NCBI RefSeq assembly: GCF_001194135.2
Contig: NC_068981.1
Location: forward strand, 99,981,138-100,045,137
DNA from: Octopus bimaculoides
Lineage: Eukaryota
Reading direction: 5' to 3'
DNA length: 64,000 nucleotides
This document shows, piece by piece, positions 1-12,655 of this stretch (position 1 is the first letter of the stretch; each line of letters opens with the position of its first letter). The position numbers and the translations under genes were made by a program. The notes below the pieces were generated by a model. The model was not told the origin of the DNA, did no database searches, and saw only the letters and a list, made by a program, of their open reading frames with translations.

Positions 1-183
1 CGTAAAAGCACCCACTACACTCTCTGAGCGGTTGGCGTTAGGAAGGGCATCCAGCTGTAGAAACTCTGCCAAATCAGACTGGAGCCTGGTGTTGTCATCC
101 GGTTTCACCAGTCCTCAGTCAAATCGTCCAACCCATGCTAGCATGGAAAACGAACGTTAAACGATGATGATGATGATGATGAT
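1..183 (+). mobile_element. 3' tail of RTE-type LINE / RTE-tailed SINE ending in (GAT)n
   Basis: Motif ttggcgttaggaagggcatccagctgtagaaac...acccatgctagcatggaaaa...gttaaacgatgatgat recurs in the window (reverse at 6340-6520, forward near 17480-17585, 23330-23450, 61230-61350) and follows the RTE ORF end in the copy at 38240-38650. Confidence 0.75.
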
Positions 184-185
184 AT

Positions 186-216
<31 letters not shown>

Positions 217-217
217 T

Positions 218-253
<36 letters not shown>

Positions 254-260
254 GTAGGTA
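184..260. repeat. (GATA)n microsatellite
   Basis: Directly visible tetranucleotide array. Confidence 0.95.
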
Positions 261-414
261 GATAGGTAAATGGATAGATACAGAGATTTTTTTTTGGCTT
301 TAATAAATAGCATATTTGGTATTTGAGTACTTTTTATTCACCTTATTTCACATTTATCAGTGTATACACACACATGCATGCACACATGTCCTCACACACA
401 CACACACTCATATG

Positions 415-555
415 TACACATGACTGGCCTCCATATAGCTTACATCTACCAAATTCACTCACAAAGCATTGATGAGCCAGGAGCCATAGTAGATACTTGT
501 CCAAGGTACCATACAGTGTGACTGAACCCAAATCCATACAGTCGTGAAGTTAACA
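415..555 (-). mobile_element. tRNA-derived SINE head (family A), degenerate
   Basis: Reverse complement resembles copies at 23030 and 60975 (gtggtaag..ggttcagtc.cact..gtggtaccttgggcaagt...gatttggtaga). Confidence 0.65.
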
Positions 556-1193
556 TGTATTGCTATGACAATACATAATCACACACATCATTGTCAACAA
601 ATCAGACAATTAGCCAACTGGGCTGGTCAGTGGTACAACCTCAGTTATACAAGCTGGATCAGGTACCTGTCAACTTCCAGCTATTCAGTCTAATGAAGGA
701 CAGTCTTTTGTTCAATGATAGTGCAAATGCATCATTTATGGAGACTATATTGAGTAATATCTTTGTATAGAGGAAGCATTACTTTATCAGCATGTGCAAT
801 TTGAATGACTCACATTAGTTAATGTAAAAGTTTTGCTTGTTTTTGCATTATTTTCAATACAATTCTCATGTTAGGACAACAGGAAAACATTGATTCCTAA
901 CAGACAAAAGGCTATAAATTTTGGGACAAGTGTATAATCGATTATATTGACACCAATATTTAACTGACATTTTATTATACCAACCCCAGAAAAGCAAAAT
1001 GCAAAGATAAAGTTGATCTGGGTAGGAAGTGAATTCAGACACATATATAAACTTATTAACTTAAAATTGATGTTGGGAATTGATGAAACCAGGAACGTGG
1101 ATTAACTTTTCAATCAAATCTTATACTTTTCTTTATCTTTTAATTTTTTTCTTTCAGTATGTCTCACTTAATTTGGATTCTTTCTCTATATGT

Positions 1194-1317
1194 ACAGGCA
1201 CAGTTGTGTGATTAAGAAGTTTGCCTTGCAGCCACATGTTTCTAGGTTCAGTTCTACTTATAACCCATGCTGACTAATGCCTTGTGAGAGAATTTGGTAG
1301 ACAGAATGAAAGCCCAT

Positions 1318-1408
<91 letters not shown>

Positions 1409-1648
1409 TTGACTTTTATTATTTTAATATTTATTACTTTGTATTTTTTATTATAGATCTTTTTAGTGTATTTACTTATTAAATTTTTCCTATATGTGAC
1501 TGTGGATTTTCATGGATGAGTTCAAGAATTGTGGTTCTTTTCTCTAAATTATATATCTATATATCATATATTGTGAAACTTAATTTAATTTTAATTTTGT
1601 TAATTTAAATTAAATTGAATTTTTACCTGTAAATTTGGATTTTTATCC

Positions 1649-1684
<36 letters not shown>

Positions 1685-1880
1685 GTTTATCCATCCCCCA
1701 CCTATTGACAATCAATGTTGGTTAATTTATTTGCTTATAACCTAGCAGTTCAGCAAAAAAGACCAAAAGAATAAGTAACATACTGAAAAAATAAATACTG
1801 GGGTCACTTGGTTCAACAAGACCTTTCAAGGCAGTGCCCCAGAATGGGCACAGACTGAAGTAAGTAGAAGACAAAAGATT
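1194..1880 (+). mobile_element. Family A SINE head, (TG)n/(TA)n tracts and a downstream SINE body
   Basis: Head at 1194-1322 (ggttcagttc..gaatttggtagacag); body at about 1680-1880 (cttgacaa..taacctagcagttcagcaaaa.gacc..agaataagta..tggggtc) matching 58060-58160 and 59460-59640. Confidence 0.6.
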
Positions 1881-2397
1881 CATTTAAAGCATACGCATGC
1901 AAAAAGAAAACGTAAGAAAGAATTTGCTACCTATTTGAAGTCTTATATTAAGAAAACAAAGTACTAAAATGGAAGAGTGTTTTTCTGCTGTAGTCAGTAT
2001 ACAACTGCACAAATATTCTGTATTTCTTTCTATTCAGATCTCAGAGAACTGCATCCACTTTGAAATGTTAAGCTATCATTATTAAGCTCAGTAAATATAT
2101 TATTGTAACTGAGAACTGTCTGTTGTGATAGCTTGCAAAATTGATGGTATTGACAAAGCAAATGTTTGAATCAATGATCCAATTTCCTGACTAATATCAA
2201 ACTATAGACAATGATTTTATTTACTGAAGTAAGAAATTTAACTTGTGTTTATTAAACAACGGAGGTTAAAAATAATTTGGTTATAAATTGTTTAGATTAC
2301 TACAGCTGACATAAGCAATAAACTTAGTAAAACCAGCAACACAACTTTTGCATTGTCATTTAACCAAATAAAATAGCAGCCAAAACTCCCTTAACTA

Positions 2398-2675
2398 TCA
2401 GGTCATCCCATAAGTTCTGTCCGATTTTATCTTTTTTTAAAATTGAATGAAATTTAATAATATTTTAGAATGTCTAATGGAATTAAAAATTATCTTTATG
2501 CATTTGTGTACGTTAAAACTAATTAAATATTATTTTACAGAATAATAGAATTAAAATTTCTTTGATTAAAACCCTTTCTAACATGGAAGTATCCAAAGAG
2601 CGTTTAAGGCACATAGTGCTTTATGAGTACAAAAAAGGAAACTCTGCAGCCGAAGCGACTCGAAATATACACTCA
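2398..2675 (+). mobile_element. mariner transposon 5' end (TIR plus transposase N-terminus), cut by assembly gap
   Basis: TA at 2396-2397 then tcaggtcatcccataa TIR, related to TIRs at 13741/15006. ATG 2583 gives MEVSKERLRHIVLYEYKKGNSAAEATRNIHS, a mariner N-terminal HTH resembling Hsmar1. Confidence 0.85.
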
Positions 2676-3479
2676 NNNNNNNNNNNNNNNNNNNNNNNNN
2701 NNNNNNNNNNNNNNNNNNNNNNNNNNNNNNNNNNNNNNNNNNNNNNNNNNNNNNNNNNNNNNNNNNNNNNNNNNNNNNNNNNNNNNNNNNNNNNNNNNNN
2801 NNNNNNNNNNNNNNNNNNNNNNNNNNNNNNNNNNNNNNNNNNNNNNNNNNNNNNNNNNNNNNNNNNNNNNNNNNNNNNNNNNNNNNNNNNNNNNNNNNNN
2901 NNNNNNNNNNNNNNNNNNNNNNNNNNNNNNNNNNNNNNNNNNNNNNNNNNNNNNNNNNNNNNNNNNNNNNNNNNNNNNNNNNNNNNNNNNNNNNNNNNNN
3001 NNNNNNNNNNNNNNNNNNNNNNNNNNNNNNNNNNNNNNNNNNNNNNNNNNNNNNNNNNNNNNNNNNNNNNNNNNNNNNNNNNNNNNNNNNNNNNNNNNNN
3101 NNNNNNNNNNNNNNNNNNNNNNNNNNNNNNNNNNNNNNNNNNNNNNNNNNNNNNNNNNNNNNNNNNNNNNNNNNNNNNNNNNNNNNNNNNNNNNNNNNNN
3201 NNNNNNNNNNNNNNNNNNNNNNNNNNNNNNNNNNNNNNNNNNNNNNNNNNNNNNNNNNNNNNNNNNNNNNNNNNNNNNNNNNNNNNNNNNNNNNNNNNNN
3301 NNNNNNNNNNNNNNNNNNNNNNNNNNNNNNNNNNNNNNNNNNNNNNNNNNNNNNNNNNNNNNNNNNNNNNNNNNNNNNNNNNNNNNNNNNNNNNNNNNNN
3401 NNNNNNNNNNNNNNNNNNNNNNNNNNNNNNNNNNNNNNNNNNNNNNNNNNNNNNNNNNNNNNNNNNNNNNNNNNNNNNN

Positions 3480-3534
<55 letters not shown>

Positions 3535-3714
3535 AAATATATACATAGATATGTACGTATATATATGTATGTATATATATACATATATATATATATGTAT
3601 TGATATATATACACAAATATTTACATACATACATCTATATGTATATATAAAAATATATGTATATATAAATATGTATGTATGTGTATATATATATATATAT
3701 ATATATGCACATAT

Positions 3715-3750
<36 letters not shown>

Positions 3751-3897
3751 GTATGTGTATATATATACATATATATATATGTGTATGTGTATATATATAC
3801 ATGTGTATGTATATATATACATATGTGTGTGTATATATATACATATATATATATGTGTATGTGTATATATATACATGTATATGTATATATATACATA

Positions 3898-3947
<50 letters not shown>
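3480..3947. repeat. (TA)/(TG)/(TATG) low-complexity array between N gaps
   Basis: Directly visible; source of YIYI-type pseudo-ORFs. Confidence 0.95.
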
Positions 3948-4391
3948 NNNNNNNNNNNNNNNNNNNNNNNNNNNNNNNNNNNNNNNNNNNNNNNNNNNNN
4001 NNNNNNNNNNNNNNNNNNNNNNNNNNNNNNNNNNNNNNNNNNNNNNNNNNNNNNNNNNNNNNNNNNNNNNNNNNNNNNNNNNNNNNNNNNNNNNNNNNNN
4101 NNNNNNNNNNNNNNNNNNNNNNNNNNNNNNNNNNNNNNNNNNNNNNNNNNNNNNNNNNNNNNNNNNNNNNNNNNNNNNNNNNNNNNNNNNNNNNNNNNNN
4201 NNNNNNNNNNNNNNNNNNNNNNNNNNNNNNNNNNNNNNNNNNNNNNNNNNNNNNNNNNNNNNNNNNNNNNNNNNNNNNNNNNNNNNNNNNNNNNNNNNNN
4301 NNNNNNNNNNNNNNNNNNNNNNNNNNNNNNNAGTAGTTATCATGAAAAAAATTCATAGGAAAGAATCTAACGTTTTTCCCTAAATCATATT

Positions 4392-4440
<49 letters not shown>

Positions 4441-5009
4441 GCATAACTATATAAAAATGCCTCACGTTAACTACCGTAATAAACATATTTTTACCAAATG
4501 CGAGGAAATGCAGCCTTCAAAGAAGATAACCTTTTAAAAACAGACTGAACTATAGATCGCCAAGATCAACAATTAGCACACGAGAATGGTTTGGCATATA
4601 TTTCCATCAACTGCTTTAAAGCGTACACTGTTTATTTACATAAGTTGTCATCACTGCAAAGACTGTAAATTCAATGAAACTGGCATAGCTGAATGCAATT
4701 GTAAAATCCGTGAAGGACCAGAAGAATTTGCTGAACATCTATGAATTTGATAGGAAATCATAGTGGAAATGGTGGTGTAACTGCCGAGACTGCTGCTTTT
4801 ATAGTGTTATGGTGATAAAGTCTCAAACTGAGTTGGAAATATTTACATGAAGAGTCAAACAAACCTATCATATTCCTTGAAACTTGCACAGTGGCCTCTA
4901 TTACACAAACAGGTACAAAACCACAGCAGATAGGGCTGTGTATAGTTTCATCACCTGATTCAAAGTGAGTACACAGCACACATAGATTTACATCAACAAA
5001 TATTATGGG

Positions 5010-5230
5010 GTTAACATAGTTCTCAGGGAGATTCAATGTGATACAGAGTGAGGCAAGGCTGGCCCTTTGAAATACAGGCACTACTCATTCTTGCCAGCTG
5101 AGTGAATTGGAGCAATGTGATGTAAAGTGTCTTGCTCAAGGACATAATGTGCTGGTGGGAATTTGAACTCATGACTATTTGGTCATGATCATGAGCCAAA
5201 TACCCTAACCACTAAGCCACGAGCATTCAC
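5010..5230 (-). mobile_element. tRNA-derived SINE (family C)
   Basis: ctcagggagattca..gctggccctttgaaatacagg..ctcatt..tgccagctgagtg..gtgtcttgctcaaggaca..gaactca..ccctaaccactaagccac; homologous segments at about 10700-10875 and 59740-59832. Confidence 0.65.
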
Positions 5231-6339
5231 TCTAATATTTCTAAATTTATATTTACAACATGTTGCTGCAGTTGCTTTACCCTCAGCCCAAACTGAACAA
5301 GCTTATAATCAAAAACATTGCAACCATGATCATTTCATCTTTTTGGCAGCATTTAAAACTTCATTATTTGATGTGTCCTTTTCTCTTTCAAAAAAAAGTT
5401 GAGTGTGGTTTGAGGGAGATTTGGCTGCTTCGAAGGGATATAACTGTTCATTCCAATATTTACAGACTGTAGATGTGCTGTTATGGTTGTATGGACAATT
5501 AACTCTAAATTCCTGATTATAGAAAACTATTATTTATTCTTTGCTGACATCATCAATAGAGCTAATTATACTCGATATCACTGACTACATGAGTAGTTAA
5601 GCAGCTGATGTTTGGCTTCATTTTCCTTTCATTTGATTTCATAATGAAAAATGAAGTCAAATACTGTCTGGTGTTTCACTTGTTTTATTACTCACTTCAG
5701 CTATATTTTTTTCTAAATTGGCATGAATATATCATTCTGTAAGAACAATGCCAAAGAATATTGTTGTTGTTTAACCCCCAAGTTGGCTTTGATTAAGCAG
5801 ACACTTGTTCAAAAACAGTCCACCCACAATAATACAGTCTTTTTTCTTCTTTTTCTTCTGTCATAGTGAATTTAAGATTACATTGTCTTTTTTAAGAAAG
5901 TATGGGTGTAGAATGAGAGAGATTTGATTATCATTTCTAGCATATTAGCCCTTTGATGGTGGGAATGGGTTGCATAAAAATGTGTCAAATGGGTAAAAAC
6001 AAAAAATGTTTTTCTTCAGGGTAATTTTTATACATCTTCATTATTTAATGCCAGTTTTCTATGCTGGCAAGGGTTAGACAGTTCGACTGGAGATTTTAAG
6101 CTGGAGAGCTGCACCAGGCTCCAATCTGTTTTGGTTTGGTTTCTACAGCTAAATGTCCTTCCTAACACCAGTCACTCAACAGAATGTACTAGGTGTCTTT
6201 TGTGTCACCAACATGGATGCCTTTTACATGTCACTTGCACAGATGCCTTTCCCATGGCACTGGTCATGACCAGTATAATATTTATATGTATTTTCACTTA
6301 AATATATACAAAAACTATAACAATTGTTTGTTTCTTATA

Positions 6340-6900
6340 CAATCATCATCATTATTGTTTAACGTCCGCTTTCCATGCTAGTATGGATGGGACAATTTAA
6401 CTGAGGACTGGTGAACCGGATGGCTGCACCAGGCTCCAATCTGATCCGGCAGAGTTTCTACAGCTGGATGCCCTTCCTAATGCCAACCACTCTGGGAGTG
6501 TAGTGGGTGCTTTTATGTGCCACCAGCACGAGGGCCAGTCTGCTGGTACTGGCAATGGCCATGCTCAAAATGGTGTTTTTTACATGCCACCTGCACAGGA
6601 ACCAGTTCAACGGCACTGGCAACAACCTCGCTCGAATGATTTTCTAACGTGCCACTGGCACTTGTGCCAGTAAGGCGACGCTGGTAATGATCACGCTCAA
6701 ATGGTGCTATTTACGTGCCACTAGCACGGAAGCCAGACAGCTGCTTTGGCAATGATCACGCTTGGATGGTGCTGTTAGTGCTCCACTGGCACAGGTGCCA
6801 GTCATCGAATATGGTTCAATTACGATTTTATTTCACTTGCCCCAACAAGTCTTTGCAAGCAGAGTTTAGTGTCCAATGAATGAGAGGTTGGCATGGATGC
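6340..6900 (-). mobile_element. RTE-LINE 3' UTR copy with an internal imperfect minisatellite of about 75 bp
   Basis: Reverse complement of the tail at 1-180, then 4-5 units of acgtgccac.ggcac...ggca.tgatcacgctc.aatggtg at 6520-6810. Confidence 0.7.
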
Positions 6901-7770
6901 CAGTTGTCGAATTTGGTTCGATTTCGATTACAAATTCATTATCGAAAAGTGCTATAAAATATTCACTTTCTTTGATGATGGCCATATCCTTGTAAAAATT
7001 TTGAAAGTTCAGTTGATGGTGTTCTCTAATGAAAGGTCAATTGATGATGTCCACCATTTAAAGGTTAAGCAACCATGTAGCAGTTCTCACATCAGCTCAT
7101 CCTATTATGATACTGGTAGCATAGCAATCTGGCTCCTTTCAGTTTTTGCAACAGTGGCAGCTATTTGTGAGAAACACTTTACAGCTGAATTATTAAAAAG
7201 AAATGGAGAAATGGATCTTGACTATTCAGGCAGGGAATCAAAATATATTCTATGATTGGCATGCTATCGTAATCCTAGCAAAAGCAAATTTTAACAATCC
7301 ATTCAACCTAAGTATATTGAGGTACTATTTATTATTGTAACAGAGGTAGTGTGTAACTGATGGGTTCTGTTTATATGTTTGAAGTAAAATTCGGCAATAA
7401 ATCATCATTTCTCTCGCAGAAACTGGTGGAATAAATCACTTAACACAAAACATGTTGTTTAGAATAAGATGCCTGCACATGTCTCTTAGCATATTAAATA
7501 TTTCTCAGAAATATGCAACAACCACAAGCATCTAAGGTAAAAGATACAGCACAAATTTAGTTCAATCAACTTACATAACACCGTACCTCAAATCCTTTTA
7601 CACCACACTTATTTTAGAGTTATCTTTACTCTGTTTATACCTCAGTCATCTTCTATCAAATCCATCTCATCAAAATAGCCACCCTATTAACACATCAAGA
7701 CAATTCCTGCCCTATGAATATCCAATACATTCCTACCCATCTAATACCTCACAGACGCCCATCCTATTAA

Positions 7771-7991
7771 CCCTTTTGATACCAACCTGCCTGAAAATGC
7801 CCTTGGTTTTTTGATAGAAAACTCTGTGTTTTAAAATAATCTTAATTAAAACCTTCCATCAAAATTTCATGTTAACTTATGTTCTAAACACCAGCTTCAT
7901 AATGACAGTTATATTACTAAATTCCTCATCCCTTTCAAAACTGATAAAAACAAAAGCAGTATATTTGAACAGAAATATGGTAAAAAAATGG
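7771..7991. mobile_element. piggyBac-like MITE with TTAA target duplication
   Basis: TTAA 7767-7770 | cccttttgatacca ... tggtaaaaaaatgg | TTAA 7992-7995; imperfect TIRs. Confidence 0.55.
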
Positions 7992-8708
7992 TTAACATAC
8001 TGGTTATTTCCATCTTATTATTACAAGTTAACGTGGAGACTCAACTTGCTTGAAATAGCAACCAAGTATTCCTCAAATCACAGCCTACAATCTTAAAAAA
8101 GGACATTCAGACATTCACACCCAATCATTATTCTATTGATTCTTCACCTCATCAATACTGTTGTTTACCTCACCTTACAGACTGATACTAACACCACCCA
8201 GTCATTTCCACCTTGCTAATAATACCCAATCCCTCTCATTTCCAACATTTCAATGTCGTAATTTAATTTCATAAATAAATAATTGCAAGATTTAATATTA
8301 AAGGTGAGTGGGGACTTCTAATGCTCTAGTTCAAGATAATAAAAATGTTTACAGTCAGTGAAAACCTTCAGAAGATTTGTAAAATCATAGCTTTAGTAAA
8401 ATAAAATCCCAAAGTGATCGACCAATATACTGGCCCATATGTTTTTTTCCTGAAATTTATGCAAAAAGTTACCAACTGATGAGATTGTGCATAGATAATG
8501 ATGTTCACACTTGTGCAATATCAAAAACTGCTGTAGGCAATTTCTGTAAATCTAATGATGCTTAAAAGCTTCTGAAGATAGATCAATAAAATCTTACCAT
8601 AATATATGATGACAGCATTAGAAAGTAAATGCTATATATTGTGGTGGTTTATGAATAAACGTTTCTGAGAATTGCTGCCAAAATGAACTTTAGAAATGAA
8701 ATAATGAA

Positions 8709-8747
<39 letters not shown>

Positions 8748-8748
<1 letters not shown>

Positions 8749-9334
8749 TGCCTGGATGCAGTACCAGGCAGTGGCTATGCCTGGATGCAGTACCAGGCAG
8801 AGTGGCCATGCCAGGATGAAGTACCAGGCAGTGGCTCTCATAGCTTCTGATCTTAATTGATTGGAAGTGTTATCATGTACACTGTTTTGTCTTGGTATAA
8901 AAGATGGGCTACAGCAAATATTCTGCTTAATACCACAGATTTTCTTGTCAGTTGTTTCACCTTAACCAGTTGAACATGTCCCTTGGTGGATGACGATATG
9001 TGCATCTCTGATCATGAGCAGAAGTAGTGGGGGAGCATCATAGCCATGTGTTGAGAGGAATTCTTTGGGGTTTAGATGATTCACCTTTGGAAACATGGGT
9101 GTTTTGCTCAACATCCTTAAACAAACCTTATTCAGGGACCTTTTGAACGTGATGGGCTACCACCTGTGAGGTCAAGCACTGTTTATCTTGATATGAGATC
9201 ACCATGTCGTGCACATATGGTTGTGATGCATGTGCCTGGTGTACCCTTATCAGACAGGTAGTCGTGATGGGTACACTGGGCTTTATATATTTTACCCCAG
9301 TGTCGCTTTGATGGCATGCACTGCTCTCTCACTC
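8748..9334. mobile_element. Interspersed element of about 600 bp bounded by (AAT)n, copy 1
   Basis: Colinear with 31711-32265 and partly with 34770-35187; (AAT)n on both sides. Confidence 0.85.
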
Positions 9335-9365
<31 letters not shown>

Positions 9366-9863
9366 GAATCACATTTAGAAATGAATCATTTGTTTTTTAG
9401 TTATTCCAAATAGCAGATTATTTTTTTAATTAATGCTAATATAACATGAAAGGTAATGCCAACTCAGTTAAGAGGTCAATTGTTTCTATCTCATGACAGC
9501 CAGTGATCTGTATCTATGGTCCAAACACTTAACTTTTGCTCATTCAGTCTACTTAACTATAAAATTGTACCATGAAATACTGTTGTTTAAATGTAAGCCA
9601 ATTCCAATCCAATCAAATAGGTCTATGATCAAAGATGCTCCAGCTGTGACCATTCTTTCTTTATTTTTTTCTAAGTGTATCAGGAACTACATTGTCCATT
9701 ATGTCTTTCTTTTATTTAGATTTAAAAGTGAAGGCATGATTTAAGTCAAGTTTGGTTACTATTTTCAAAAAGTCACAAAAATGCATAGAGACTTCCTCAT
9801 TGGCTTGCATCAAGAAAGATAGAGTTTGCTGTTGAGTGTTTTGTATGTGTGTGTACATATACG

Positions 9864-9901
<38 letters not shown>

Positions 9902-11147
9902 CATATATGTGTGTGTATGCATATATGTATGTGTCAGTGTGTATGTGTATGTATATACACTAAGCTCAAGCATTATCATGGTTTCTTGAAATTAACAGAA
10001 ACAATGCATTATTGATAAAGATATCTAATTAAAAAGTGCAAGTAAACTCTTAAATCACATTTGCAGGAGTTAAACATTTCTTTGCATATTTAGGAGAAAT
10101 TTTTTAACTTGGCTTTGCTATTCAAAACAGATGTTATTTTATCATTTTCTCCTCAACAATCTTATTACCTTCGTCCTTTTAAGATCAGTTATATTTCAAT
10201 GCCAGCTTGAGTCATATAAGTTTGCAATATAGCAAACTGCCATTCTTCTTGTCTGTGAAGCTGAACATTACTCTTGACCTCTCAACATCTAATTATGGAA
10301 GAAGTTAATGAAGGAGTTTTGAGGTATTTGTTCAACCAGCTTGAATTAGCAACCACAACCAGTTGTCTTAAAAATGGAATGTAGTCCAAGAGACACCTAT
10401 ATCTGAAAAAATGACAAGACAGAGATGACCAGAAGGCCTTCAATCACTGGTTTATTCAATCAATGTTGACCTGAATATAAACAACTCCTCATTTTTTCAT
10501 TGACTCTCCACTTCCCACAAGCATCTCTGGACATAGCACACACAGACATAAATGTGTGTTTTTTGTATAAATATCACTGTATGTGACTGTATCAATCAGA
10601 CTATCAGATGTAGTTATACACTGCTGGTTACAGTGCATTCCATCACATTGTTTTAGCTTTCAAATGATAATATCCCACTGGCTAGGCGAGTAAGCCCACA
10701 TTACCCATGAATGGAAAACCAATCCCTTGTAGGGTTTACTCATTTACAGCTGTGCATATAGGAGCAATGTGAAATGAAGTGTTTTCCTCAACAATATAAT
10801 GCATTGCCCAGTCCAGGAATGAAGACCATGATCTTGTGATCATGAGTGCAGCACCATAACCACTAGGCCATGCACATTCCATGTATAAGTAAACATAAAC
10901 AAATGTTAATAGAAGTTGTATTCAATATATAAAAGTAGATTACAGTGTGTATTTCATAGGAAAAAGTAGTGATAGTGACTTTGAAATTTTATTGTACATC
11001 AGCCTCTACAGATTACCAAGGCAAACAACCAGTGAAATTTCAGTCACTGTCACCATTTTTCCTTGTGTCTGTATGTATATATATATATATATATGAGGGA
11101 ACACCAAACAGGTGTATTAGTTTAATGCTCAAGAAGAATAGATAAGT

Positions 11148-11183
11148 CTTAGATGTTTCGAGCCTATGCTCTTTGACAGAAAG
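11148..11183 (-). ncRNA. Degenerate minimal hammerhead-like motif in a probable PLE pLTR fragment
   Basis: Minus strand CTTT-CTGTCAA-A-GAGC(ATAG)GCTC-GAA-ACAT-C-TAAG. Stem II is perfect; the core deviates from CUGANGA at two positions. Confidence 0.45.
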
Positions 11184-11587
11184 GATTAAGAAAAATGGAG
11201 AGAAAACAGAAATACAGAGAGAGAAAAAAATGTGTAGGGATTAACAGTTCAACATGATGAAATATATATATATCATGAGTGCGTATTATTTTTCTTGGAT
11301 AGCATAGATCTATAGATCTATGCTATAGATTTGTGTTTTTAAGCATTTATCTACATTTTCCTCACCAATATGTTTTGATAGTTCTACAAGCTGACAACTT
11401 CTTTCAGCTTACAAAGGACTCATTGCTGCTGCTTTTCAAACTGATGGATAAAATACCTGCTGTTAAAAGCAGATGATAAGAGAAATCATGGGATCACCAT
11501 ATATACAAGCATCAATAAATAACAAATACACCATGTTTGATGATAGATATATGCCATCCCATAAACAGATTGATTCTAGAGGCTATT

Positions 11588-11750
11588 TGAAGAAGAAGAA
11601 GAAGAAGGAGGAGGAGGAGGAGGAGGAGGAGGAGGAGNNNNNNNNNNNNNNNNNNNNNNNNNNNNNNNNNNNNNNNNNNNNNNNNNNNNNGAAGAAGAAG
11701 AAGAAGAAGAAGAAGAAGAAGAAGAAGAAGAAGAAGAAGAAGAAGAAGAA
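11588..11750. repeat. (GAA)n/(GAG)n microsatellite with internal gap
   Basis: Directly visible. Confidence 0.95.
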
Positions 11751-12520
11751 CTTCAAGTATAAAGTATCTAATACTCTATTACCCAATAAACTCTTGAATG
11801 TTCTCTTTGTTTTAAAGAAAGAAGGGTGTAATTTAAGTGTCTGTGGAACAGAAGCTTTACTTTCAAAAATTTAGCAAAACAATTTTATTTTATTCCTAAT
11901 GACTTTGGACCCAGTATGAAAAAAAAATATTTTAAATTGCTTTGCAGGAAAAAAAATACCAATACAAAATCACATTAAGAGATGTAATTATCCTCTCCCT
12001 AATTTGCTTGTTTGCTCTGACAGTTTATGCATGATGTTTTTTAAAGCATTCTAAGTTATATTCAAGTTGGTCTTTGTGAATGAAAATGTAGCCCATGGGC
12101 AAACTGTGCACATCCACAATAAATGCTGCGGTAAAACCGGTAGAAATATAAAAGATAATAGTGTCATTGCTCCTATTCTCTAGTGGTCTGAGCTGTAAAC
12201 CTGCATGCTTTAAGTATATAGAATTTTGTAAAGATAGGTTTCTGGAAAATACTAGCTGCAACAAATCTGCAACAAAACAATGAGAAACTGCTTGAGTTAA
12301 AGGAAATTTGGCCGTTATTTTTAGCCTCTAGAGCAGCCATGCAGAGATGTCTTGTTTCTTATTGACAGAAAAAGAAAAGTAATTTGTTATAGTAGAAATA
12401 AAGTTATGTATGTATGTATGTATGTATGTATGTATGTATGTATGTGTGTGTATGTATGTATGTATGTATGTATGTATGTATGTGTGTGTGTATGTATGTA
12501 TGTATGTATGTATGCATGAA

Positions 12521-12655
12521 TGTGGTGTGCCAGAGGGCTTGCAAATCCAATGGGGGTCTTAAAAGACATGTTAGGATCCACAATGAGCAGAACTTACCTG
12601 CAGGTATTGGTAGTACAAATCAGAGGTGCAATCTGTGTGGGTGTTTTTTCAAAAC
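12521..12655 (+). pseudogene. C2H2 zinc-finger coding fragment (one finger plus start of a second), probably LINE-derived
   Basis: CQRACKSNGGLKRHVRIH fits C-x12-H-x3-H. The first Cys (TGT GGT GTG) is out of frame. CNLCGCFFK follows, then an N gap. The linker is not TGEKP-like. Confidence 0.5.

Noticed and set aside
614-718. Possible terminal exon PTGLVSGTTSVIQAGSGTCQLPAIQSNEGQSFVQ*
   Set aside because: Weak acceptor and no supporting upstream exon in the window.
2562-4383. Long ORFs of 220-590 aa in the ORF track
   Set aside because: They run through N gaps and (TA)/(TG) repeats; only the first 31 mariner codons are real.
8748-8836. CRISPR-like direct repeats
   Set aside because: Units are directly adjacent with no spacers, in eukaryotic DNA with no cas genes.
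11473-11874. Poly-K/E ORF
   Set aside because: (GAA)/(GAG) microsatellite with a gap.
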